Assembly (NCBI GenBank): GCA_001751075.1
Contig: MAVP01000002.1
Coordinates: 1-59,973, forward strand
Source: Desulfobacterales bacterium S7086C20
Lineage (GTDB): Bacteria; Desulfobacterota; Desulfobacteria; Desulfobacterales; C00003060
Reading direction: 5' to 3'
Length of the DNA: 59,973 nucleotides
In this document: positions 15,759 through 24,721 of the stretch, in pieces
How the letters are laid out: each line of letters starts with the position of its first letter
Numbering within the stretch: the stretch's first letter is position 1
Translations under genes and position numbers: made by a program
Notes under the pieces: generated by a model
Told to the model about the DNA's origin: nothing
Databases searched by the model: none
Seen by the model: the letters and a program-made list of their open reading frames with translations, nothing else

Positions 15759-17068
15759 ACTGGAATCAGTATTCAGAGGCAGTAGATTATAGTCAACCCT
15801 TAACGGCGGCTGAAGGCAGAGTTGTAAAAGTGACTGGGCTTATTGCGGAAGGACGGGGCCCCGGTATCGGTATTGGAAGTACTTGTAATATAGAGAACCG
15901 GCAAGGAGAGAATCTTCTAAGTGAAGTCGTGGGATTTAATGACAGCAGAATAATGTTGATGCCCTACGGAGAAATGCGGGGTATAAGTCCTGGGTGTAAA
16001 ATTACACTAGTTCATGATAAGCCCTTTGTTAATGTGGGAGATGCCTATCTTGGCAGGGTAGTAGACGGCTTTGGAAACCCACTCGATGGGCGTGGTTCAA
16101 TTTCGACAAATGTCCATTATCCTTTGTATGGCCAGGTGGTCAATCCGATGGGACGTCGCCGGATTAAAGAAGTGGCTGATGTTGGGGTTGCTGCGATCAA
16201 CACAATGATGACATTGGGCAGGGGGCAGCGTATATGCATAATGTCCGGGTCTGGTGTTGGCAAAAGTGTTCTTATGGGGATGATGGCACGGCATACTAGT
16301 GTCGATGTAAGCATTATTGCACTGATTGGTGAGCGTGGGCGGGAAGTAAAGGATTTTGTTGAACAAACTCTTGGTAAGGATGGGCTGAAAAAGTCAGTCG
16401 TTGTGGCCGCGACTTCTGATGTCTCCCCGCTGGTTCGAATGCGTGGGGCTTATTTTGCAACCACGCTTGCAGAGTATTTTAGAGATCGGGGTTTGGACGT
16501 CCTTTTGGTCATGGACTCTATTACCAGATTTGCTATGTCATCCAGAGATGTTGGCTTGGCTATTGGAGAGCCGCCCACGGTGAGAGGCTATACTCCGTCT
16601 TTTTTTGCTCAACTTCCAAAGCTTCTGGAACGTGCGGGAAGTATTGAGGGCAAAGGGTCTGTCACCGGTATATATACGGTCTTGGTGGAAGCTGACGACA
16701 TGAATGATCCAGTCGGAGATGCAGTGCGATCCGTAGTAGATGGCCACATTGTGCTTTCAAGAGACTTGGCCAATAGAGGCCATTATCCGGCCATAGATGT
16801 GCCTGCAAGTATTAGCAGGGTAATGATAGATGTTGTTGATCCGCAAGATTTGGAGCTGTCCCAAAAAGTCAAGGAGGTTGTGGCCGTATATCGAGATGCA
16901 GAGGATTTAATATCGATTGGTGCATACGTGGATGGTACTGATCCAAAGATAGATTATGCCAAGAAGATGATTGGTAAGATCAATTCCTTCTTGAGGCAAG
17001 ATATTGTTGAAAAGGTAGCGTTGAAGCCTGGTTTCGACAGACTTAGAGAGTTGTTCAAAGAGGTATAG
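15755..17068 (+). CDS. fliI: Flagellum-specific ATPase FliI
   Basis: Walker A 'GSGVGKS' and Walker B-like 'VLLVMDSITRFA', 437 aa. The start overlaps the fliH stop (ATGA). Confidence 0.96.
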   Translation: MNWNQYSEAVDYSQPLTAAEGRVVKVTGLIAEGRGPGIGIGSTCNIENRQGENLLSEVVGFNDSRIMLMPYGEMRGISPGCKITLVHDKPFVNVGDAYLGRVVDGFGNPLDGRGSISTNVHYPLYGQVVNPMGRRRIKEVADVGVAAINTMMTLGRGQRICIMSGSGVGKSVLMGMMARHTSVDVSIIALIGERGREVKDFVEQTLGKDGLKKSVVVAATSDVSPLVRMRGAYFATTLAEYFRDRGLDVLLVMDSITRFAMSSRDVGLAIGEPPTVRGYTPSFFAQLPKLLERAGSIEGKGSVTGIYTVLVEADDMNDPVGDAVRSVVDGHIVLSRDLANRGHYPAIDVPASISRVMIDVVDPQDLELSQKVKEVVAVYRDAEDLISIGAYVDGTDPKIDYAKKMIGKINSFLRQDIVEKVALKPGFDRLRELFKEV

Positions 17069-17069
17069 T

Positions 17070-17555
17070 GTGAAACGATTTAGATTTAGACTCGACTCGG
17101 TCATTCGTTACAGGCAATATAGAGAGCAGATTGCACTAATGGAGTTGGCCAAGGCAAGGCGGGAGCGTATTCATACTGAAGAAAAGATACAAGGGATGTA
17201 TGAAACAAAAAGAGAAGTTCTGAGGGATCTGGCCGTTAGTCAGACAAGAGGGATCAAAGCGGGTAGGCATCGGATTTATAGTGCCTATTTGGATAGGTTA
17301 GGTGATCAGATTGAAACAGAAAATGATCGCCTAGTTGAAATTGGTCAGACAATCTCGCACAGACACGAAATTGCCGAAGGTGAAAGAATTAAAAAAGAGA
17401 CATTGGAACTGCTCAGGGAAAATGAGCGAAAAAAACATTTAGAGATGATCGAAGCGACTCAGCAAAAAGAGGCAGATGAGGTGGTTACTTTAAGGTATGA
17501 GAGGAAAGGTCTCTGGTCTCCATTTCCTCAAAAACAATTCACTCAAGTTAGATGA
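17070..17555 (+). CDS. fliJ: Flagellar export chaperone-like protein FliJ
   Basis: 'FRFRLDSVIRYRQYREQIALMELAKA' coiled-coil N-terminus, GTG start, and a position directly after fliI. Confidence 0.8.
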   Translation: MKRFRFRLDSVIRYRQYREQIALMELAKARRERIHTEEKIQGMYETKREVLRDLAVSQTRGIKAGRHRIYSAYLDRLGDQIETENDRLVEIGQTISHRHEIAEGERIKKETLELLRENERKKHLEMIEATQQKEADEVVTLRYERKGLWSPFPQKQFTQVR

Positions 17556-18172
17556 AGAAAAGATTTCCCATACCGTCTTATGTGTTGGCGGCGCTGTTGT
17601 GTTTTCTGGTTGTCAAATTAGGCCTTACGGGGATACTTGTTTGTACAAGACTTCCAGTATTGCCATTGTCGATTTGGCAAAGTGATACAGCTTTGGCCAA
17701 AGATGGACAAGATGAAAACATTGATAAAAAGAAAGTGCAAACAGAAAAGGTTGTGGGAAAAAGTCCAACTCTTAACAGACAAAGAAATAATAGCAGTCCG
17801 GAGGCCCTTGAGGTTAAGCGACTTCAACTAGAGGAAGAAAGGGCACAACTTGATGAGGAACGTAAAAGACTAGAGGCGCTGAAGAATGAGATTGATGAAA
17901 AGCTTTCTAAAGTAACTAAAATACAAGCTGTGATACAAAAGGAGTTAGGGAAAAAAGAAGATGCTAGTCATAAGAGGATTAAACACCTGATTAAGGTGTA
18001 TGAAGCGATGCCGCCCAAGAAGGCGGCTGTGCTGATAGAAAAGTTGTCTATGGAGGTCATTATTGCCCTATTTTCGCAGATGAAGGGTGAAGATGTGGGA
18101 CAGATTCTACCTTATGTTTCACCCGAAAAAGCGGCTAAGATTAGCGAGCGCCTTGCGACACTTGGACACTAG
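17552..18172 (+). CDS. MotE/YlxF-family flagellar protein (MgtE-N-like C-terminal domain)
   Basis: N-terminal TM segment, a coiled coil, then 'MPPKKAAVLIEKLSMEVIIALFSQMKGEDVGQILPYVSPEKAAKISERL'. The ATGA start overlaps the fliJ stop. Confidence 0.7.
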   Translation: MKKRFPIPSYVLAALLCFLVVKLGLTGILVCTRLPVLPLSIWQSDTALAKDGQDENIDKKKVQTEKVVGKSPTLNRQRNNSSPEALEVKRLQLEEERAQLDEERKRLEALKNEIDEKLSKVTKIQAVIQKELGKKEDASHKRIKHLIKVYEAMPPKKAAVLIEKLSMEVIIALFSQMKGEDVGQILPYVSPEKAAKISERLATLGH

Positions 18173-18176
18173 CTTG

Positions 18177-18722
18177 TCAATTGCCTTCTACCTTTTCAAT
18201 ATTGATGTTGACGGTATCAGTGGATTTATCAGAGATGTCGCTTTTGCGGGTAGAAGGCAGATCAGTACGGTAGACAATACTTTCATTGCCTTGTTCATCC
18301 ACGATTCTTTCAACAGGCTTAATATCAAGAAGCCTTAAGACCATTTCCTCCGAACATCCCGCCTTTTTCAACATCTCCACTTCTTCTGTTGAAAGTCCTG
18401 TCTTGATAGGGTTTTTATACCGGTCACCTAAGACAATTTCTTCCAGCATCTTGTTGTCTGCTCCAGCCTTTTTGAGCTCTACAAGAAAAGCCGGTGTGAC
18501 AGAACAGGTCTGTTCGGCAACCAAGATTTTGATTACCTTGTCGCTGATCCTTGCCTCTTTCATCTTCTTGATATCATCCGCGCTGACTAGAGAATTCATG
18601 GCTCCCGCAGGAACAACAAAAAAGGTGATAACAAGAGCGAGAGAACAAATTATCTGGATAGGTTTTGTTATGATATGTTTTTGGTTGACCATGAAGTTTG
18701 TCCAACGAAGAATATCAGGCAA
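18177..18722 (-). CDS. Secreted hypothetical protein with three ~30-aa 'K(K/E)AG/A-x-S/D...' repeats
   Basis: Signal-like 'IICSLALVITFFVVPAGA'. Repeats are 'SADDIKKMKEARISDKVIKILV', 'TPAFLVELKKAGADNKMLEEIVL' and 'STEEVEMLKKAGCSEEMVLRLLD'. This is one of only two ORFs on the minus strand inside the flagellar cluster. The start is either TTG at 18722 or ATG at 18692. Confidence 0.6.
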   Translation of the reverse strand: MPDILRWTNFMVNQKHIITKPIQIICSLALVITFFVVPAGAMNSLVSADDIKKMKEARISDKVIKILVAEQTCSVTPAFLVELKKAGADNKMLEEIVLGDRYKNPIKTGLSTEEVEMLKKAGCSEEMVLRLLDIKPVERIVDEQGNESIVYRTDLPSTRKSDISDKSTDTVNINIEKVEGN

Positions 18723-18930
18723 AGGTATCTATCAAAGTCCCTTTTTCAAAACGACCGTAATGTTGCTTTTCTGGCTGAGAAACCGGTTTGTGGGAGGCTT
18801 CAGATAGTGCGGCTTGATTTTGAGTGGTGTTTTGATGTTGAAGCGCAATTTTAAAAGCAGATGCTATAGTAGGTGTCTCCCTTCTAACAACTGGAAAACT
18901 TTGAGCATTTTCTGCAGGGGTTACTCCCAT
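18715..18930 (-). CDS. Possible 71-aa ORF upstream of, and overlapping, the repeat-protein gene
   Basis: A good RBS (GGAAGG about 10 nt upstream of the ATG) and an 8-nt overlap with the downstream ORF. I recognised no motif. Confidence 0.3.
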   Translation of the reverse strand: MGVTPAENAQSFPVVRRETPTIASAFKIALQHQNTTQNQAALSEASHKPVSQPEKQHYGRFEKGTLIDTFA

Positions 18931-19150
18931 ATCAAGCCTACCTTCCTTTCATATATATATTAGGAGATTGCCTTCGTAAAGTCAAGGATTTTCATTTTGA
19001 TATTGAACTGGCGGTCCAAGGAAATATTTTCCTGCTTGAATCAAATAGAGGAAAGAATTTCAGGTTTGGTACCGCCCCAGGGGGAGATATCAAAGTCTCA
19101 AAAGTTTATAACATGCTGTGTATATATGTAATATCATTGAATGGATTTGT

Positions 19151-19165
19151 TGGCATATTCATTGC
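19151..19165 (+). promoter_or_regulatory. sigma54 (-24/-12) promoter candidate upstream of fliK
   Basis: TGGCAT-ATTCA-TTGCT, about 55 bp upstream of the ATG at 19219. Confidence 0.65.
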
Positions 19166-19218
19166 TGATAAGACAAGCACAAGCAGCAATTGGAAAAATA
19201 AAACGGATTATGTGAAAA

Positions 19219-20847
19219 ATGATGACTTCAGTTCCCATAGATGTTGATGCCCTTGCAAAAGAGATTGCTCTTAGACCACATCATGAGGCATCGCCTGAAA
19301 AGATGTTTTCTCAGCTCTTGGATCAGGCAAGAGGGTCTTGCAGAAAGCCCTTTTTATATCAAACGGATTGTAATGCCTCGGGAAAGGCGGACAGCAAATC
19401 CCAAGACATGGAAGGGTCAAATGCTCAACAACCGTGGGTTAAATCTTTTCGAAACCTGTTACTATCAGGGGATATTCCACTTGGGGATCTCTCGCTGTCT
19501 AGTGAGGCGATGTCGGGTTTGAGAAAGCTTTTGCTGGCCGAAGGTTTTTCCGAAAGCGACGTCAAGAATTTTCTAAAAGGGCTTTTCAATGACCAAGGTC
19601 GCGGTGAGATTAAAATCCTTGAATTGCTGGAAAAGCTTTCAAGGCTAAAAGAGGGGTTTAACAAAAAGTTCTCAGACCTTACGCTGGATGCTTCAGTTGT
19701 GCCCCACATGGAAAGCTTATTGCGCAAATTAGGTTTAGATCCACAAGAAGCCGGAAATGTCCTAGAGGACTCGAGGGTGGATGGTGGTGGACTTAACTTA
19801 AAAAATCTATTGAGTAACTTGAAAGCTTACATTGAAAGGCTTGGTGAAAAGGGTTCAGAGAGTGTTAACCAACAGTCTCTTGACGAGGCCATGTTGGCCC
19901 GTGTAGGCATGGCAAAGGAAGCAGCAAAGATTGAAGGGCCTATTTCGTTAGAAAGATTTATTCAGATGTTGGACGAAAAGATAGCCAAGCTTATGCCTCA
20001 CAGTTTGTCGAAAGATCAGGCAGAAAACGAGATCAAAGGCCTTCTGAATAATGTGTTGGTGGGATCTCGCCGGCAGGATGTCAAGACCGGCGGTTCTTTG
20101 GAGCGGTATTATGATCGTGTGAACAGGAATCAAGGCCATACGCTAAATCAGGATTTCATGGAGGCCTGGAAAGACCCGGCCTCTGGGGCAAAAAATGCGA
20201 TGGCAGAGACTGAGAAACTTGCCCAATTTCAAGCAAAAAGTGATGCACCCCTTTTGCCGGCGAAAGATTTGACCGAAGGTGCTAGGAAAGTGCTTTCGGA
20301 AAAGGGATTTGATGGAAAGCATAATGAACCTGTGCATTTAGTAAAAGAGGGAATGTCAAATCGTGTTACAAACCAGTTATCAACTGCAAAGGAAGGTGCG
20401 AGACCGATTCCTCTTCATGTCATCAATCAGGTGGGAAAGCGGATTGGCCTGGCCATAAGGAAAGGAGAAAACCATCTGCGGATCCGGTTACGTCCTCCGG
20501 ATCTAGGCTCTGTTCAATTAGATATGGCCATGAAGAATAATGTTTTAAAGATTGCTATGGTCGCTGAGAATCACACGGTAAAGGAGTTGTTGATGTCTCA
20601 TGTTTCTGAGCTTAAACAGGCCCTGGTGGAACATGGTGTGGAACTTGAGAAAGTTGACGTGAAGATTGACTACAACTTTGATAGATCTATGGGAGATGCA
20701 CAAAAAGATCTTAAAAACACTCATTGGCGAAAACAAAGACTGGCCTCTCGATCTGCACTGGGCTCGGTGGAAACCGGCATGGAGGATATGGGAGAAATAA
20801 CGCGCCCAAGTGTGCGAGGAAATACCTTGTTGGATATGTTTGCGTGA
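19219..20847 (+). CDS. fliK: Flagellar hook-length control protein FliK
   Basis: The C-terminal Flg_hook-type domain 'LRIRLRPPDLGSVQLDMAMKNNVLKIAMVAENHTVKELLMSHVSELKQALVEHGVELEKVDV'. The position upstream of flgD-flgE supports the call. Confidence 0.85.
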   Translation: MMTSVPIDVDALAKEIALRPHHEASPEKMFSQLLDQARGSCRKPFLYQTDCNASGKADSKSQDMEGSNAQQPWVKSFRNLLLSGDIPLGDLSLSSEAMSGLRKLLLAEGFSESDVKNFLKGLFNDQGRGEIKILELLEKLSRLKEGFNKKFSDLTLDASVVPHMESLLRKLGLDPQEAGNVLEDSRVDGGGLNLKNLLSNLKAYIERLGEKGSESVNQQSLDEAMLARVGMAKEAAKIEGPISLERFIQMLDEKIAKLMPHSLSKDQAENEIKGLLNNVLVGSRRQDVKTGGSLERYYDRVNRNQGHTLNQDFMEAWKDPASGAKNAMAETEKLAQFQAKSDAPLLPAKDLTEGARKVLSEKGFDGKHNEPVHLVKEGMSNRVTNQLSTAKEGARPIPLHVINQVGKRIGLAIRKGENHLRIRLRPPDLGSVQLDMAMKNNVLKIAMVAENHTVKELLMSHVSELKQALVEHGVELEKVDVKIDYNFDRSMGDAQKDLKNTHWRKQRLASRSALGSVETGMEDMGEITRPSVRGNTLLDMFA

Positions 20848-20860
20848 AAGGAGTAAGACT

Positions 20861-21541
20861 ATGTCAATTGCAGGATTAGAGCCTGTCTACCAGCAGCTCT
20901 CCAACCAGAAAACCGGTAATACTGATTCAAAGGACGAGCTTGGCATGAATCAGTTTCTGACCATGCTGGTTGCCCAGCTCAAGCATCAAGATCCACTGAA
21001 TCCCATGGAGGGTACCGATTTTACCGCACAGTTGGCCCAATTTTCCGCGCTTGAACAGCAGTTTGCCATGAATGCTCACCTGGCGGAAATGCAAGCCGCC
21101 ATAGAGGCTCAAGGAAACGGTAATGTCCTGGACTATATTGGAAAGACAGTTACAACGAACAATAATACCATTTCTGTAAGCAACGGACAGACTGATTCCG
21201 GCGCTTATACTCTGGGTAGTCATGCCGACGTGAACGTTTATGTGTATGATGAAAACGGCATAGAAGTTCGCCGAATATATGCTGGATGGCAAGATGCCGG
21301 AAAGCATAATATTGATTGGGATGCCAAGGATAACAGCGGTAATACAGTAGACGATGGCAGATATACATTTGAGATTGAGGCAGTAGGTGAGATAGGACAG
21401 ATAGTATCTTCAAACACACATGTCATGGGAGAGGTTACCGGCATTACATATGAAAGCGATATGCCCTATTTGATGATCGGAGATAAACTGGTGTCTCCGT
21501 CTGAGATTGTGGAAGTTGAAAAAACAATGGTCAGTGATTAG
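20861..21541 (+). CDS. flgD: Flagellar hook capping/assembly protein FlgD
   Basis: 'LGMNQFLTMLVAQLKHQDPLNPMEGTDFTAQLAQFSALEQ'. The ATG at 20861 is preceded by an AAAGGAG RBS. Confidence 0.93.
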   Translation: MSIAGLEPVYQQLSNQKTGNTDSKDELGMNQFLTMLVAQLKHQDPLNPMEGTDFTAQLAQFSALEQQFAMNAHLAEMQAAIEAQGNGNVLDYIGKTVTTNNNTISVSNGQTDSGAYTLGSHADVNVYVYDENGIEVRRIYAGWQDAGKHNIDWDAKDNSGNTVDDGRYTFEIEAVGEIGQIVSSNTHVMGEVTGITYESDMPYLMIGDKLVSPSEIVEVEKTMVSD

Positions 21542-21651
21542 TGTATTATGGGAGATGCAAAGTCAAAAATGCAAAACAGAAAGTCTAAATTTATAGATCA
21601 AACAATAAATTGTTAACCATAAATAACTAAGAAGTAAGAAAGGGGGACAAA

Positions 21652-23112
21652 ATGTCACTTTCAAGCGCACTTTTTTCCGGGATAAGCGGCCTAAACACCC
21701 TTGGGAATGCTATGACGGTAATCGGCGATAATATTGCCAATGTGAATACCACTGGGTTTAAGTCAAGCCGTGCTACTTTTCAGGATGTCTTAAGCCAGAC
21801 CGTGTCAACCACTGCCGGTTCCTCGCAGGTGGGGCGCGGCACTTCCTTGGCTGACATTGCGAGCACGTTTGCCCAAGGATCTTTTGCATCTACGGATTCG
21901 GCTACTGATTTGGCCATTGGCGGCGAGGGTTTTTTCGTTGTGAGAGAACCAAACAATACAAATAATGAATTCTACACACGAGCTGGTGAGTTTCGGTTTG
22001 ACAGGGATGGCAACTTTACCACACCCGCAGGTTACATTGTGCGAGGGTGGGCTTTGGATCCGGACACCGGTGCGACTCAAGGCTCTGTGGGAGATATTAT
22101 GCTATCTTCATTTACATCGTCGCCGTCCGAGACGGATGAGTTAACAGTCATCACTAATCTTAACTCAGGTTCTACCAATAATTCCTCTGGAAGCAATACC
22201 AGCCTTTCCGAGCAATGGGACGGTAATCTCACTACGCCGCTTGGTGATTCAAATTATGATTATCAGAGCACGTTAAAGGTATACGACTCACTTGGGGATA
22301 CGAACGATATAACAATGTATTTCGACCGAGGTGAATCTACCGGGGTATGGGAATATGTTGTAACATGCAACCCAAGCGACGACGAGCGTAGCATATTTGA
22401 TGCCAGCAGTGATGGAGGCTATGGCATGCTGGGGCGGGGAACTATAACGTTTAGCAGTAGTTCCGGAGCCATGCAAGATATCACCTTTTCAAGATTTGTC
22501 GGCAATACAAACGGAGGTGATCCGGATGATATGACTGCCGCTGCTTGCTGGGACACCCAGAGCACTGCAAGTGACCTTACCAACGGCCATTTTACCTGCA
22601 CACCTCTTTTCATAACAGGTGGAACAGCTATGACAATAGAGTTAGACCTTGGTGCTGCCCATGACGGGACAAGTTGGGCAAACAACTCATTGTCCACAAG
22701 TCAGTTTGCATCTTCTTCTACAACAATCTTTCAATCTGCCAACGGCTACGGTGCCGGGGATTTGCAGTCGGTTAGTGTGGGAACTGATGGTGCTATCACG
22801 GGCCAGTACTCCAATGGCGAGGTTATTCCACTCTACCAGGTGGCCCTGGCCAAATTTCAGAATCAGAATGGCTTGTACAAAGTAGGCGGAAATCTTTTTA
22901 AAGAGACAAGGATCAGTGGTGTCCCCATTACAGGGACAGCGGGGGCCAATGGTTTAGGCAATATTTCTTCCAACTCTCTTGAGCAGTCTAATGTTGATAT
23001 TGCCACGGAATTTGTGAAGATGATTACTACACAAAGAGGCTTTCAGGCCAACTCTAAGATCATCACTGTGACAGACCAGATGCTTGCGGAAGTAATTGCA
23101 TTAAAACGATAA
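21652..23112 (+). CDS. flgE: Flagellar hook protein FlgE
   Basis: N-terminus 'SGISGLNTLGNAMTVIGDNIANVNTTGFK' and C-terminus 'LEQSNVDIATEFVKMITTQRGFQANSKIITVTDQML'. Confidence 0.95.
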   Translation: MSLSSALFSGISGLNTLGNAMTVIGDNIANVNTTGFKSSRATFQDVLSQTVSTTAGSSQVGRGTSLADIASTFAQGSFASTDSATDLAIGGEGFFVVREPNNTNNEFYTRAGEFRFDRDGNFTTPAGYIVRGWALDPDTGATQGSVGDIMLSSFTSSPSETDELTVITNLNSGSTNNSSGSNTSLSEQWDGNLTTPLGDSNYDYQSTLKVYDSLGDTNDITMYFDRGESTGVWEYVVTCNPSDDERSIFDASSDGGYGMLGRGTITFSSSSGAMQDITFSRFVGNTNGGDPDDMTAAACWDTQSTASDLTNGHFTCTPLFITGGTAMTIELDLGAAHDGTSWANNSLSTSQFASSSTTIFQSANGYGAGDLQSVSVGTDGAITGQYSNGEVIPLYQVALAKFQNQNGLYKVGGNLFKETRISGVPITGTAGANGLGNISSNSLEQSNVDIATEFVKMITTQRGFQANSKIITVTDQMLAEVIALKR

Positions 23113-23661
23113 ACATACAAGAGTGAGTATATGAGAATACTTATCCTTTTTTGGTGGAGGCAAACCTTAAGACCTTAGACAGCATCAAGGCGCCTATATT
23201 CAAGTGGCTGCTTGAATAAGGGCCGGATCAGGAGGATATTTATAGCCACCTTGTTGCTAACCAATATGGGTTGCTTGACTGGCGTTTGCCTTCCGGTTCG
23301 GTAGTTTGAAGCACATGCGGTTTCCCAGGAAATGGCCTTTCTTCGAGGCCCGAAGCTCACAATGGGCGACGTCACTTTGGGCAGTGGAAAAACGGCTAAA
23401 AAGGCGTGGAAAAACTAAGAGGAGATCCATTTAGTTTTAAGCCAAATCCTCGCCTTTTTTCGACAAGATCCTTTATATCTGTCCTGTTTGTACAATGAAA
23501 TCTTCGATCTTGCCGGCCTGGTGCATGCCCGGTCTGCTTATGGGCTCAAGGAATGGGCTGAATGTAAGGCGATACTCAAGCAAGTTGCAAAAAAAGTTCG
23601 AGAAGTAGACTACCACCTTGTATACAAGCAAAAGGCGGCGTAATGATTGTCATGGCAGATG

Positions 23662-23678
23662 CGTCAACAGATTGACAG
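23662..23678. promoter_or_regulatory. CGTCA-N6-TGACAG dyad (same outer half-sites as 6467-6524); candidate activator site upstream of the motA promoter
   Basis: CGTCAACAGATTGACAG, about 225 bp upstream of the -24/-12 element at 23895. More GTCA/TGAC half-sites follow at 23691-23711 (TTGACATGCTTTCTGAGTCAA). Confidence 0.4.
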
Positions 23679-23894
23679 GGCTGTTGGGCTTTGACATGCT
23701 TTCTGAGTCAAGGCAAATTGATGCAACTTCCGTCATAAATAAAAGCTTGGGCCTTCAAAATAAGATCTTTCTTTCAAAAACCTCCCAAAACCAGCGAATT
23801 TAAAAGACATTTATAATAACCTTCCGAGTTTATCCTCGAAGTTTTTTGATTCAAAAACCTATTAGTTTATTTCAAGTTCAATGTTCAAAAGAAA

Positions 23895-23909
23895 TGGCAC
23901 AAAGGTTGC
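23895..23909 (+). promoter_or_regulatory. sigma54 (-24/-12) promoter upstream of motA
   Basis: TGGCAC-AAAGG-TTGCT, a full consensus match about 45 bp upstream of the ATG at 23954. Confidence 0.75.
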
Positions 23910-23953
23910 TGTAATAGCCTGTAAATATTTTACTCGCTTACAGAGGAAGCCGT

Positions 23954-24718
23954 ATGGATATTGCAACATTACTTGGGATTATTTCGGCCTTTGGCCTTGT
24001 ACTTGTGGCCATCGTAATGGGAGGTGGTATTGGGCTATTTATCAACTATCCATCCCTGATGATTGTAGCAGGCGGCACCCTTGGCACAACGATGATCAAC
24101 TATCCTTTAAAAGAAGTTATTGGTGTAATTAGTGTCTTAAAGAACGTGTTTTTTACAAAAGCGAGCTCAGCGAAGGATATCATCAAACAATTTAGTGACT
24201 TTTCCAATAAAGCGCGTCGGGAAGGAATCCTTGCCCTGGAATCTGAAGTAACGAACCTTAATGAAGAGTTTTTGCAAAAGGGGATTCAGCTTTCCATTGA
24301 TGGTCTGGAGCCTCAGTCTATACGGGAGATCCTTGAAACAGAGATTTCTTACATACAGGATCGGCACAAACTAGGCGCAGAGATCTTTACTACCATGGGT
24401 ACTTATGCCCCCGCGCTTGGTATGGTGGGAACACTCGTTGGTTTGGTGCAGATGTTACAGAACATGAGTGATCCCAGCGCCATAGGGCCTGCCATGGCCG
24501 TGGCGCTTCTGACTACCTTTTATGGTGCAGTGGCGGCAAATCTCCTTTTTATGCCTATTGCAGGAAAGCTTCGGACACGAAGTGGTGAGGAAGTTTTGGT
24601 CAAGGAGTTGATGATCGAAGGTGTGATCTGTCTTTCAAATGGAGAGAATCCACGTATTGTCGAGCAAAAACTTATGGCCTTTTTAGCGCCAAACCAACGG
24701 GAAACGGAGGCGAAGTAA
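23954..24718 (+). CDS. motA: Flagellar stator protein MotA/PomA
   Basis: 254 aa with four TM segments and 'GTYAPALGMVGTLVGLVQML' (MotA/TolQ/ExbB channel motif). Confidence 0.93.
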   Translation: MDIATLLGIISAFGLVLVAIVMGGGIGLFINYPSLMIVAGGTLGTTMINYPLKEVIGVISVLKNVFFTKASSAKDIIKQFSDFSNKARREGILALESEVTNLNEEFLQKGIQLSIDGLEPQSIREILETEISYIQDRHKLGAEIFTTMGTYAPALGMVGTLVGLVQMLQNMSDPSAIGPAMAVALLTTFYGAVAANLLFMPIAGKLRTRSGEEVLVKELMIEGVICLSNGENPRIVEQKLMAFLAPNQRETEAK

Positions 24719-24721
24719 GAC

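Noticed and set aside
23881-24132. An 83-aa ORF overlapping the motA 5' end in another frame
   Set aside because: It starts inside the sigma54 promoter region and is out of frame with the well-supported motA, so I consider it spurious.
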